A stretch of DNA of 64,000 nucleotides. It comes from an uncultured archaeon. GTDB lineage: Archaea > Thermoproteota > Nitrososphaeria > Nitrososphaerales > Gagatemarchaeaceae. Position numbers and translations under genes: made by a program. The stretch's first letter is position 1, and every line of letters starts with the position of its first letter. Of this stretch, positions 20,615-31,035 are shown in pieces. The notes beneath the pieces were generated by a model, which worked only from the letters and a program-made list of their open reading frames with translations, was not told the DNA's origin and did not search any database. The stretch lies in NCBI GenBank assembly GCA_963799775.1, contig CAWCYD010000003.1, positions 1,376,001 to 1,440,000 of the forward strand, given 5' to 3'.

Positions 20615-21819
20615 TCAATAGCCATAGTCGTTCTCGTACGTCAATGTGAAGTCGCCGCTTGAGTCCACGCTGCTCGGGCAGACGTTCATATAATACGGGC
20701 TGCCACTTCCTCCACTACAGGACACTGTTTGGCTCTGGTCCAAGTCGATGTAGTCGAAGTAGTTGGGGCTATTAGTGATTGTGTAACAGTATTCCTCCCA
20801 ACTACAATAGTAACCTCCCGTCACACTAATCTGGCTGAAATCTGGGATCCCATACGAAGTGGAGGCCTCGCTTGACCCTACTCCAGGGACACTCAGCCTC
20901 GAATTTGGCGTAGTATGCTTCACCCATGGCAAAATTGCTCGGCTCGTAGCCGGTGCAGCCCTGTAGTGTCGTAGCGTCATAGATGCTTGCTTCGTAGTAT
21001 TCGCTGTCATACGTACTTTCGGTAACGTAGGCTTCAATTGTGTTGCCTGAGCCAATGTAATCACAAAGGTTGTAGTATTGAGTAGGGTAGAGGTCTTCCC
21101 AGAACTGATACCACATGACGTAGTAGTGACTGGAGCATGACCCATAGCAGTAAGAATCCGTGCCCGTCTGATCAAGGTATGCCCCGGTTTGCTCCCCGTA
21201 CGTGCTTTCGCCAACCCACATTGAAACCAGGCATGTAGAGTTCTCATAGTTGCTGCAATCGGCACCACCGCTACTTACCGACGGCACATTCCAGTCGGCC
21301 CCGTCATAATACATGCCATAACCATACGAATCCTTGTACTCTACCCCCGACCACATGCTGTTTGGATAAGAGGAATGAGCGATTTGTGGGTAGACACTAG
21401 CCCCCAGAACCGTCGTAAGGCTTGGATTCAAGGTTACTTCAAGCACGTAGGTGCCCCTTTGTCGCCATGAGGTTGTAGTCAACGCTGACATTCTCAATGG
21501 AAATGCTGCATGAAGAGTCCCAGGTTGTCCGATAGAATATGCTGTCGAAAGAACTACTGCTGTAGTTTATTGCGTACGCGGCCAGAACTGGGGCGGCCAG
21601 CTGTTTGGCTACATCTTGATTGATGTTGACCGCTGCCTGTTGAGTACTCTCCGAGAGTACTTTGGCAGAACAGGTGGATGCAGAGGTGGACCCACCGCTT
21701 GTCGCAGTTGCCAATACGGGTTCAAATCTGGCCGCGATGAGAACTGCGAAAAGACAAAGAACCGTCGAAATTTCCAGCCAGGAGTTTCCACCGATTGTTC
21801 CGCTACGTGAGAAAATCAC
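20615..21819 (-). CDS. secreted G1-family glutamic peptidase 2 (two frameshifts)
   Basis: Three overlapping ORFs give the signal/pro-domain, WSGVEY, WNVP, MWVG, LDQTGT, FEAE, YGIPDF and NVCPSSV. Confidence 0.75.
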
Positions 21820-21979
21820 TCTAGTCCCTCGGTTACAGGTAGCGCTCCTCCGACCTACGATTTTGACAATGCCTGGACCAGACGTTCATGATTGCGGTAA
21901 TGCTACGGATTGGTGTTCCATATATTCATTATGTAACATTCTTCTGGGTGTTTTATGTCACGACCTGTAGGACGCTCGT

Positions 21980-22330
21980 CCCATGGCGTCCTGTGAGTGT
22001 CTGGTAGTCGACTGATTGGTATCGTCTGATTTAGTTGTAGCATTGGATGAAGCCGTCCAGTGTGTTGTACCTCCATGGCTCTACGGAACATGTTACGAAG
22101 AACCTCTCGATCTTCCTGGTCGTCCTAGGCTTGCCTATACCCGACATGATGTGGCTGATTCCAGCTCGTTGAGCTTCCTGTCGAAAGATGACTCCCCTCT
22201 CGTCACCCAGTAAAACTGGGTCCCTGGTCTGTGAGTATCTTCGATGTTCCACACATCCTGATGCAATCGAGAAGGCAGTCGATGGTGTTCTCGGTGATCG
22301 CGTTCTCGTACATCAGAAGCCTTCGGGCCG
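21980..22330 (-). mobile_element. IS481-like integrase-core transposase remnant
   Basis: Fragments ENAITENT, TQFY, GISHIMSGIGKPRTTRKIERFF and FIQCYN. Confidence 0.55.
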
Positions 22331-22386
22331 ACTTCCATAGACACCTCGAGAACAGGGTATATCTTGAAACACGCTGTGTTTATGAT

Positions 22387-22441
22387 AAATAGCTGATTTC
22401 ATCGTGTCCTTTCCCTCCCGCCTTCTCGCGAGCCCATAGCA
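22387..22441. repeat. motif C copy 1
   Basis: Pyrimidine tract followed by GCGAGCCCATAGCA. Confidence 0.75.
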
Positions 22442-22633
22442 GCCCAACGGATATTCCCCCAGTCTAGGACTAGTCAATGTCTGTTCGGAGGGCGCGCAAT
22501 CGACGAATTTTTTCCCTAGATGACCCTACTCACTTGGGCGGCGTCCGCAACATCGCATCTACGGCGTGATCACGAGGTCAGTGCTGGGGCCCTAAAGTTC
22601 GCTATCTACTGAAATTGAGGCCTGCATCATTCT

Positions 22634-23069
22634 TCATTGGCTAGGAGGGGCGTCTGGGCTAATGATAGGCGAGGAGATCAGGAAAGCACCTACAACCCGC
22701 GTGGCATTCACGTCCTCCTCTACGCCAATGGGTTGATTGCCCACGTTGAACGCAAGATTGAGTTCTTGCTCCACGATCGTGCCATTCGAACGGCTCTTAT
22801 AGGCAATCTGATATCCATTGTAGCACACTGACCCTCCTGTGGCAAGGCTCTGGAACTGTGATGAACTTATTGCCAGCTGGATGCCTTTGGGATGACGCTG
22901 GTTGAAATTACGGCGATGAGATTGCCTGGACAGTTCGCGACGGTGGCAACTGGAAAGCTGGGTGCTGAAGAGTTGGCAGAAACTCTTGAAAGGCCAAGAA
23001 CCCTAAGCTTGCCAGAAGCAAGAACAGCATCAGCGTTACCATTGGCAGGAGTTTCGACCGCGGAAACAT
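22634..23069 (-). pseudogene. frameshifted TM-anchored protein resembling a stand-alone protease pro-domain
   Basis: MFPRSKLLPMVTLMLFLLL... then IQLAISSSQFQSLATGGSVCYNGY...; similar to the pro-region of 32159-33355. Confidence 0.45.
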
Positions 23070-23181
23070 GGGAACCTTTTCAGAATCGCTTCTCATAAAT
23101 CCTTGGCTACAAAGTTCAACGAGGAAAAATTGCCGTAATCTACGTTTCCCCATACTCACCATACGGCCCGATCCTGTTGGA

Positions 23182-23430
23182 TCAAACACTTTGGTCGTAG
23201 TATTCAGTGAAGGTGTTGGAACTCGTGCTGTAATCTGGATAGGCTTCTGTGTATTCGTCCAACGCCATGTGATAGGTGTTGAATGAGCCGTCGGAGAACA
23301 GGGTGGCATCACCATCATTAGTCGTTGTGCTAAATGTAAACGCTTCCCGTGATTCCGAAGTCGTAATTGGAACCATAGCTGAATCCAGGCATGCCGTAGT
23401 AAGCGGTTACATCGGCCATCTGGGGCGCAT
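23182..23430 (-). pseudogene. C-terminal remnant of a G1-type peptidase
   Basis: AYYGMPGFSY and ...SNTFTEYYDQSV match the C-termini of the intact paralogs (YYGLPQFS, FTELYE). Confidence 0.55.
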
Positions 23431-23606
23431 AATACGATATTCCTTGTTCTTGACAGGGTTTGAGACGACCACGTTTGCGCCAAGGTTACTCCCAGGGCTT
23501 TCAGTCTCCCCGACGCGGGCTTCAGGAGTTCTGTGCCGCAATCCAATGTGTTACGGATTCCAACTCCCGCTTTGAACCCGATGCTGTCTTGGACGCGAAG
23601 AGTTAA

Positions 23607-23648
23607 GTGCGGTCGCCGGTTCTTAGACGCAATTGAGTTCAAATCCAC
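23607..23648. repeat. motif B / att-like repeat 1
   Basis: gtgcggtcgccggttcttagacgcaattgagttcaaatccac; the first 13 nt equal the tRNA-Gly 3' end. Confidence 0.85.
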
Positions 23649-23739
23649 GGGTACAAACCGTCAGTTACGGAAGCGGACAACGTTAGCGGACGAAGGCCGA
23701 AGCCAGTTCAGATTTTCTTCTAGCAAGTGCACTGCGTCT

Positions 23740-24141
23740 CTAAGTCTGATTCAAGGCCTCAGACACAGATAGGATTCTGATCTTCTTGAACCTCTTCAGG
23801 CGAAGGAGAGCCCTGTCGCCTGTGACAATGAAATCTGCATGTCCATCGTAAGCTGTGTTGAGAATCATGTTGTCGGAAGGATCACTCTCAATCGCTCGGA
23901 AATCTGACTCGACTCTCACCATGTCGCCAGACTGCATTAGTGCAAGAACGACTCTTTGAATCTCGTCTTCGCCGGTCTTGAATTTCGGTCTGCGCAGCAC
24001 AGTTTCGGTTTCTTTCAGGATGAATTCAGATATCACAAGAGAGAATCGGTTCTCTATTCCGCGGTCAAGCAATTCTCTAGGTTTGCCCTTAGAGATTGCA
24101 GCACTAACAATTACGTTGGTGTCGAGGACAACCCGATACAT
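23740..24141 (-). CDS. vapC: PIN-domain toxin (PIN_3-type VapC)
   Basis: VVLDTNVIVSA, DPSDNMILNTA and IVTGD motifs. Confidence 0.9.
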   Translation of the reverse strand: MYRVVLDTNVIVSAAISKGKPRELLDRGIENRFSLVISEFILKETETVLRRPKFKTGEDEIQRVVLALMQSGDMVRVESDFRAIESDPSDNMILNTAYDGHADFIVTGDRALLRLKRFKKIRILSVSEALNQT

Positions 24142-24145
24142 CCAA

Positions 24146-24427
24146 TCACTTGATTCTGTGCTTTTCTCTCCGAATTGTGGCTACCTCTTCTTGGACTTGT
24201 CTCTCTGAGAGTTTCAATCCCTTCTTATCCATCATCTTGAATATATCCTCCCACTCCCTCCTGACATCAGGGAGTTCGAGCTTCTTCATCACAACGGTAT
24301 CGCCTCTTCCAAAGACCAGGAATTTCGTTCCAGGCTTTAGCCTCAATGCGTTTCTTAGAGATTGGGGAATTACAACCTGTCCTTTCCCACTGATTGTGGT
24401 AATCTGCAGTTCTTCTTCCTGGGCCAT
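24146..24427 (-). CDS. vapB: AbrB/MazE-family antitoxin
   Basis: ISGKGQVVIPQSLRNALRLKPG; directly upstream of the PIN gene. Confidence 0.9.
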   Translation of the reverse strand: MAQEEELQITTISGKGQVVIPQSLRNALRLKPGTKFLVFGRGDTVVMKKLELPDVRREWEDIFKMMDKKGLKLSERQVQEEVATIRREKHRIK

Positions 24428-24525
24428 ACTTACTCGTATGAGCGCTTTACTTTCTTACTATTAATAGGTTTTCAGTCACCGTGTTCCAATGTCCTGATGA
24501 AGAGTGCGGTCTAGGAATTTGAACT

Positions 24526-24567
24526 GTGCGGTCGCCGGTTCTTAAACGCAATTGGGTTCAAATCCAC
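24526..24567. repeat. motif B / att-like repeat 2
   Basis: 42-bp direct repeat of 23607-23648 with 2 mismatches; preceded by a degenerate tRNA-end copy gtgcggtctaggaatttgaac (24504-24524). Confidence 0.85.
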
Positions 24568-24818
24568 ATAGTCGAACATTAAGCGAATCCTTCTGAATAA
24601 CCACTCCATCACAATTCAAAAAGCCCCCAACTGCCGAGCACAACTGAGCCCCTTCGTGTGCGGATTAGAAACAGAGCCGCCTGTTTAGCCCAACATACGC
24701 TCAGGTCAGATTTGGGTTAGGTGACTGGGCGTAAGGTCACCAAAGGCATTTTCGATGTGCCTGAATAGGATTTGGGTTCTTGCGAGTGAATTTGCGTGGG
24801 TTCTGACTTCGTTTTTCG

Positions 24819-25694
24819 CTAGCCTGTCACTTCGAAATGCAGGATCACGGCCTGCCCCCAGCAATCTGCGACGGCTATCGTGTATGTCCCAGGAACGAAG
24901 GATGTCGCGACAGGACTCTGGTTACTATTGAGCTCACTCGGGTTGCTATAGACCTCAGGCGGTTCCAACAGCTGCGAATTGGCGCCCAGATCCCAATAAC
25001 CATTGGTCGTGAAACTCGTCGAAAGAGAATATGGACCGGAAGTTTGGTTCACCGGTTCCTTGGCCAGTCCACAGCAATAGCTGACTAGATCGACTCGCGA
25101 ACTGCTTGGCAGGAAGATCACGTGGTTTACGGGACTAGGTTCGTGGCACGTGCCTCCGGAAACCGTGCTGTTTGCCACCCGCGATATATTCGCTATCGTA
25201 TAGAAGCCTTGGAGAACCACCGCCTGCGCTGCCCCCACGAGGCTATCGTTCACCGGATTACAATCCGGCCAGAAGCTTATCGCGATGCCTTGCAGCGCCC
25301 AATCGTCGCTCGCAGCAATGCTGTTGGCTTGGGGCAGAGTATTGTACAGCGAGACGTTGGCCCAAATGGACTGTCCTACCGTCAGTCGGGTAGCGTTGAT
25401 AGAGAGCGAGAGTTCGAGTCCATTCACGTTCACAGTCGAATTGAAGTCCGCCACTAGTGGACCAGCGGCGGAACTCCGACTGAAGGATTGTATGGTATTG
25501 ATGCTTGCGCTCGCGTTAGAAGAAGTTGCGCTAACGGCTTTGGTCGTGGTGTTCGCAAGGCTCCCCAGCGAACTGGTGGATTGAGTGGTGACGCCATTTG
25601 ATGGGTAGAGGGTACTGATTTCGACCGCCACCAACGTCGTAGCGAGCACTACAGCTATGACTCCCGCAATGATCCGATGCGAATATTCAGACAT
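24819..25694 (-). CDS. membrane-anchored protease-partner protein 3
   Basis: GLELSLSINATRLTVGQ...PGTYTIAVADCWGQAVILHF. Confidence 0.8.
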   Translation of the reverse strand: MSEYSHRIIAGVIAVVLATTLVAVEISTLYPSNGVTTQSTSSLGSLANTTTKAVSATSSNASASINTIQSFSRSSAAGPLVADFNSTVNVNGLELSLSINATRLTVGQSIWANVSLYNTLPQANSIAASDDWALQGIAISFWPDCNPVNDSLVGAAQAVVLQGFYTIANISRVANSTVSGGTCHEPSPVNHVIFLPSSSRVDLVSYCCGLAKEPVNQTSGPYSLSTSFTTNGYWDLGANSQLLEPPEVYSNPSELNSNQSPVATSFVPGTYTIAVADCWGQAVILHFEVTG

Positions 25695-25846
25695 CGCAAC
25701 TACGTAGAATGGCCGGAACTATATTGCTACGCATTAGCAAATTGATTGCTAGTAGATATATCAAAATCTTATGTAATAATGGCAAATTCTTGTATCACCT
25801 TCAAAGCGCCTGAGCGGATCTATCAGTTCAGCGTCCATGATTTTTG

Positions 25847-26260
25847 CTAGATTCTTCGGCTCGACACGGTGAGGGATTCATAAACAGAAACAAGTAGTGA
25901 TGAAGTAATCGTAAACAGAGAGAAGAGGTATGACGGAGTACCGAACACGGATGGTCGAAGAAGCGTCAGAAGCAAAGTCAACGATGTGGCCAAAAATGCT
26001 GAAAAGGCCGCCCACAATGGAATAACGGTTCTTCTTATTCTTATCATGTTCTCGAAGACAACGCTGTTAGCGACGTATCCATCGCCCACTTCATTGACCA
26101 ACCCCATTCGGACCAGTTTTTGGAGATGATATTCGGCGACCGATGATGAACTCATCTTCAATTCTCGTTGAATATCCGACAAACGGGTTGGACCTCGTCT
26201 ATAGACGAACCGATAGACCCCGAGAGAAGTTCCCGTCAAGCCGTCAGCCCGTTGCTTCAA
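25847..26260 (-). CDS. wHTH regulator with two C-terminal TM helices
   Basis: VYRFVYRRGP...IQRELKMSSSSVAEYHLQKL plus a hydrophobic tail. Confidence 0.75.
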   Translation of the reverse strand: MKQRADGLTGTSLGVYRFVYRRGPTRLSDIQRELKMSSSSVAEYHLQKLVRMGLVNEVGDGYVANSVVFENMIRIRRTVIPLWAAFSAFLATSLTLLLTLLRPSVFGTPSYLFSLFTITSSLLVSVYESLTVSSRRI

Positions 26261-26329
26261 GCGAATCGGAATCTAATATCGATACCGAAGAAGTGACTTT
26301 TAGCAGTTTCCTATGAAGGCGTCCATCTG

Positions 26330-27548
26330 TCAGATGCCATCGGACGTCTCCCAGGTCTCATCGAAGGCCCCACTGCTTACCTCGGTAGGGCAAACGTTGA
26401 CTGGTAGGGAGCTGAGGGTATTGCAGGAGTACGTATAGTTGTTGTTGTTTGTGGTTGCATCGATGTAGTCAAAGATGGATGATGATGTTGATGAAACGGG
26501 GCTATTGTCGATTTCGATCGCGTTCCCCCCACTGTAATAGTATCCATCGAATACCTCCATACCTGAGCCAGAGCCACCTGTACCATAAAAGTCAGGCAGG
26601 CCGTACTCACCCGGGTTTGCTTCACCCATGAAGTCCGCATAGGTTGCCGTGTTCATGTAACCGCTGGACGAGTTTGCTGTACAGCCCTGAGTCGGGGTTA
26701 CAGAGTAGTCGTAGACGCTGTCTTCCCAGTAGTAGTACTCGCCATCATTCAGCTGAGTCACTTCACCGCCCATCTCGTCACCGGGGCTCACATTGTGGCA
26801 GGAGACTGCACCGTCAGGAAGGAACTCGGTCCAATCGTTATAAGTGTAAGGAGATGAACAAGAACTGTTGCACTTGGAGTCCGTACCGGTCTGGGGCAAG
26901 TTGTCGTCATTCGCGCCAGTTGCGTCCTCAGTCCCAACCCAGAATGAAAACCTACAACCATTGCCCGAACAAATTGCTGGGACCTCCAGAGCCGCCGATG
27001 TAAGGCACGTACCAAGATGAAGAAGCCTCGGTGATTCCACCGCTTTCGTAGTATTCGTAACCCGACCAAGCGACGTGGTCAGTTGTGTCATCGTTCCCGT
27101 GCACGTAATGGTATTCAGGAAGGTACAATTGAACACTGATGATGCTGGTCAGGGAAGGAGACTCTGTGATCTCAAGCGTGTAAGCCGTTGTTCCATTTGC
27201 CGCCTTCAGATCGTAGGCGACAACAACGCTCTCGATTGAGACAACGCAATTCGAGGTCCAGGTCGTATGGTACACGATGCTGTTGAATAGAGGCGTGTAT
27301 TCCATAGCGTATTGTGCCAAAGTCTGAGCCGCCGCATCCTTGGCCGCCACCTGGCTTATCGATGTCTCGGCGGCTCGAGTCCCCTTCGCGAGATCATTAA
27401 CGGAACATGTCGGGGCTGAAAGACCCGAAGTCGTATCGGCAAAGACTGGCACTAATCTTCCCAGTACTAACAGTGCAAGAACTGCCAGTATTATGGAGGC
27501 GCTTAAGCTAGGCTTCACCGCAAGAACTTTCCGATTTGAGAACTCCAT
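26330..27548 (-). CDS. secreted G1-family glutamic peptidase 3 (one frameshift near 26960-27000)
   Basis: WSGYEY and WYVP in one frame; FWVG, LPQTGT, WTEFLP, FMGE, YGLPDF and NVCPT in the next. Confidence 0.75.
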
Positions 27549-27597
27549 CTCTATCGCGTTCGTCTCTAACATAGCTTTTCTATATAACACAGTAAGA

Positions 27598-27620
27598 ACC
27601 TATGGTCCAGGACCATAGGT
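27598..27620. promoter_or_regulatory. perfect 11-1-11 palindrome, candidate operator
   Basis: ACCTATGGTCC-A-GGACCATAGGT lies about 10 bp upstream of the minus-strand TATA (TTATATAG, 27580-27587) of protease 3. Confidence 0.65.
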
Positions 27621-27710
27621 CCGCCTCATTCTTCTAGAACGCTATTCTTTTGTCAGCTCTCAAAATTAACAGAGGATTCAAGCTTGGATTCTGCAAAACT
27701 GTGGCGATTT

Positions 27711-27992
27711 TCAGCCCTGGCTTTCCGCTCGAGTCGAGCCCTGTTTGTACCACTTTAGCCACCTCAATCCCTTTTTGCTTATTGAGTATTTCAGGAACCT
27801 CCCGGATCTCTTTGCGGCGATCAGCCCTTGAGCTTCCATCGAGTCCAGGTAGCGTCTTATTCGCTCTGTGTTTAGGTTGGTTACCCTCATCAACCTTGTG
27901 CGAGTGGCGTCCTCAAAAACCAATTCATCTAGGATAGCAGCCTGTATGTCGTAGTCGTTCCTTCTCCTTCGGGGACGGTCCTCCGAATTCAG
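27711..27992 (-). CDS. winged-HTH regulator (Nitrososphaera-type, HTH_45-like); start uncertain
   Basis: RRNDYDIQAAIL...TRTRLMRVTNLN...YSISKKG. Confidence 0.7.
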   Translation of the reverse strand: MNSEDRPRRRRNDYDIQAAILDELVFEDATRTRLMRVTNLNTERIRRYLDSMEAQGLIAAKRSGRFLKYSISKKGLRWLKWYKQGSTRAESQG

Positions 27993-28326
27993 GAAGTATC
28001 AACCGGGGGGCCATAGTTAAGAATACTCATATATTTATGAGTTGTCGATTGTGAATTCGCTATTTGCATTCTTTTGCAACAATATCATAGGAAATAGAAC
28101 TCAAACTTGAGGCTGCTCGCTCCAAGATGACCTGGGATAGGCAACAAGAAGTCCAAAAATTCCGAAGATGCGGATCAGTGGCTCGCAGCCAGGCTTCATG
28201 CGCCACCGCACTGTAGCATGGAACTCTTCTCCAAGGATGCAGCAAATCACTATAAGCCCTGCCGGAGGACTGCCTCTTCTTTGCACCGCTCATTGGAGTT
28301 TATCCCAAAAACAGTCTTTCTTGCTC

Positions 28327-28376
28327 AGAACAGCCCAATTCTCCCCCTTTCTTCCCCTCCCTTGCGAGCCCATAGC
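28327..28376. repeat. motif C copy 2
   Basis: agaacagcccaattctccccctttcttcccctcccttGCGAGCCCATAGC. Confidence 0.8.
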
Positions 28377-28434
28377 TGCGAATTGCGCTTGCGATTTAGT
28401 GGCGCTCGCAGGCGATCTTCGGGATTCTCCTAGG

Positions 28435-28473
28435 TGGGCTGGAAGGGATGCAATTAATTATTTAGGCGAATCC
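28435..28473. repeat. motif A copy 3
   Basis: tgggctggaag-ggatgcaatta-attatt-taggcgaatcc. Confidence 0.8.
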
Positions 28474-28590
28474 TCTTGCGTAGTAAACATTTTGCCCCTG
28501 TTCATTTCCGGCGCTTGAGGAACCGCTCTGCTTTCGCCGTCAGGGCATGGAATGTGAGGGAGCAAAGTGGAAATACTGGTTGCCGTACTC

Positions 28591-29403
28591 TCAGCCGGTG
28601 GCCTTGACTTCGAAATGAAGCACGACCGCTTGACCCCATTCGTCGCACACACCAACTGTATAGACACCTGGCTCGAAGGACGAATAACGAGGAACATTTG
28701 TTGAGTTGACATAGACGGCTTCGTATGGTACTCTCGACAAAGATGGTGATGATTCGTTTGCCTGGGCGAGAAGAGCTGTCGTATTCCAAACGCCTCCGAC
28801 TGCAAAGTGAGATGAAATGTGAAAAGGCCCTGCGGTTAATGGTCCTTGGATGTCAGCATCAAGATAGAGGCTGACCTCACTGTCTTGCGGTTCGAATTTG
28901 TAGGTTAGGTCGTTCACCAATCCATAATCTATAGGTGGGCAGGAGGGGAGCTTTGGGTTCCCTGGCGTTGTTGCAAGCTGTGCTACTGAGAGGTTACCAG
29001 AGACGATGATCACCTCGATTGGAGATGGCCAGAATGCATAGGTGCCTCTGCACAATGGATCCCATATGGCAACTGGAACCCCGTGAAATAGCCAGTTCGA
29101 ATTCGCTGAAATGTTAGCGTCAGTGGGTAATGTGTTGAAGAGCGATAGTGACACATTTAACTCCTGTCCGACTTGGAATTTCGTTGAATTTAGAGATGCC
29201 TCGAGTCTTAGACCATTCGCTAGACTAGTCGAGTCGTTGACAGTCGATTCGGCAGCGAAGGATGATGTTGGGGTGAGTGAAGAAGTTGTTTGCGGCCAAA
29301 ATGGGCCAACTCGGAAAATCAAGATTGCCGAAACGAGGATAGTTATGACGAAGAGCGCTGTCAAGGAAATGAATATGCCCTTGTGTCGAAAAGTTACTCG
29401 CAT
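28591..29403 (-). CDS. membrane-anchored protease-partner protein 4
   Basis: GLRLEASLNST...VGQELNVSLSLFNTLP...PGVYTVGVCDEWGQAVVLHF. Confidence 0.8.
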   Translation of the reverse strand: MRVTFRHKGIFISLTALFVITILVSAILIFRVGPFWPQTTSSLTPTSSFAAESTVNDSTSLANGLRLEASLNSTKFQVGQELNVSLSLFNTLPTDANISANSNWLFHGVPVAIWDPLCRGTYAFWPSPIEVIIVSGNLSVAQLATTPGNPKLPSCPPIDYGLVNDLTYKFEPQDSEVSLYLDADIQGPLTAGPFHISSHFAVGGVWNTTALLAQANESSPSLSRVPYEAVYVNSTNVPRYSSFEPGVYTVGVCDEWGQAVVLHFEVKATG

Positions 29404-29441
29404 GGATCAGGACAAGCGCCCCAAACTTGTTCTCACTGGTG

Positions 29442-30638
29442 CTAGTATCCATCAGTAGCTTCGAGGGTTTCCGTAAAACTCTGGCTCGAAACGCTGCTAG
29501 GGCAAACGTTGACATGAATTGTGGTTCCCAAGCATGAAGTGGTTGTTGAGGTTAGGTCTGTGTAGTCGGCCGTATTCCAGTTATTGTCAATGCCGTAATA
29601 GTTGTTTGCCGAGTCATAGTAATAGCCATCCCAAGGGCTCAAGCCGTAGAAACCTGGCAGTGCTGTATTGCCCGGAGTTTCAGCCATGAATTGTGCGTAG
29701 TATGAGCCCCACGAAGAAAGGTCGAAACCCGATGGTGAGTAGCTAGAACAGCCTATCGAAAGAGTATAGTCATCCACAGTGACGTAGTATTCTGTACTGG
29801 ATGCCTTCTCGACTTCGCCGGCCACTTCGTCGCCGTATTGGGTGCCGCCACACACGTTCTGGTTAGCTGTTGGGTACCATTCATACCAATAGTTGGCCTT
29901 GTAGTTTGATGTGCAGGTAAATTTGCAGTAAGAATCAGTTCCAGTCTGCGCCAAATAACCGGCACCATTACAACCTGAAAGTGACTGATTTCCTCCCTGG
30001 CAATATGTTTCGCCAACCCAAAACGAGATGTCGCACTCGTAGTTATGAGAACTTTGGTCGCAGTTGTTCGTAGAGCCGTCGTATCCAGCACCATCGACAT
30101 ATGGTACGTCCCAGTATGCTCCGTTTTGTTCCACTTGATCGCCATTGGTGGGGGAGTACTCATACCCACTCCAGCCGTATTTGCCGGTAGGATTGAGGTT
30201 CCCGCTGTGAGTGAGACTCAAGTACACCATGCTGTTCAGGACACTCGCGAGGTTTGGACTGACTGCGACTTCGAGGGTGTATGATGATCCATTGAGTGCC
30301 CTCATGTCAAAGTCCACACTTACATCTTTCAGAGAAAGATTGCAGTTCGAGTTCCAAGAATAGCTGTAGAAGGTGCTATCATAATGGATCCCGGTATACA
30401 TAGAGTTGTATCCTGCCAAGACAGGAATGGCCGTTGCGTTAGCGGTTGCTTCGTTCAATGTTCCGTGTATCGCTTGAACCTGTTGGTCCAGCACACTTGG
30501 CGCACAAGTGGAGCTTGACAGTCCATTGGCTCCAGCCGGGAGTCCTCGGGACAAGAGAAGAAGAGCGAGAATGCCGAAGATGATGACAGCGTTCAAGTGA
30601 CGCCCTGTGCCGAGCACAGTGCGATTTGAGAAGAGCAA
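29442..30638 (-). CDS. secreted G1-family glutamic peptidase 4
   Basis: GWSGYEY, WDVP, FWVG, LAQTGT, WYEWYP, FMAETP, LPGF and NVCPSSV. Confidence 0.8.
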   Translation of the reverse strand: MLFSNRTVLGTGRHLNAVIIFGILALLLLSRGLPAGANGLSSSTCAPSVLDQQVQAIHGTLNEATANATAIPVLAGYNSMYTGIHYDSTFYSYSWNSNCNLSLKDVSVDFDMRALNGSSYTLEVAVSPNLASVLNSMVYLSLTHSGNLNPTGKYGWSGYEYSPTNGDQVEQNGAYWDVPYVDGAGYDGSTNNCDQSSHNYECDISFWVGETYCQGGNQSLSGCNGAGYLAQTGTDSYCKFTCTSNYKANYWYEWYPTANQNVCGGTQYGDEVAGEVEKASSTEYYVTVDDYTLSIGCSSYSPSGFDLSSWGSYYAQFMAETPGNTALPGFYGLSPWDGYYYDSANNYYGIDNNWNTADYTDLTSTTTSCLGTTIHVNVCPSSVSSQSFTETLEATDGY

Positions 30639-30818
30639 ACGTTCGGAGGATTCTTCTGGCTTGCCTAAATTTCTTATGAAGAAAGTCTATGTAGGCTTCT
30701 TCCGAGACGACAAAAATGGACGAGAAACTGGTTTCGCCCATTACCGTTGGCGCGGGTATACTGGTAGATTGACTGGATGCCCCAAAGGTATAGCCTCTAA
30801 TGATTCGGAATTCGTCAT

Positions 30819-30858
30819 AGAAGCCCAATTTCCCCTTCTCTCCCCCTCCTCGCGAGCC
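30819..30858. repeat. motif C copy 3 (truncated)
   Basis: agaagcccaatttccccttctctccccctcctcGCGAGCC. Confidence 0.7.
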
Positions 30859-30880
30859 AAGGTCCGAAGGATTAGTTTAA

Positions 30881-30921
30881 GTGGGCCGGAAGGTATGCAA
30901 TTAATGTTTTAAGAGAATCCG
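30881..30921. repeat. motif A copy 4
   Basis: gtgggccggaag-gtatgcaatta-atgttt-taagagaatcc-g. Confidence 0.8.
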
Positions 30922-31035
30922 TCGGGCTGAGTTGCCATATTTACGGCGGGATTTAGTATTGCCGTGCTGCCATCACTCCATTACTACTCCCCGAGATTTT
31001 AATCCCACATGCTCTTTAAGCCGGTGAGGCGTCCA

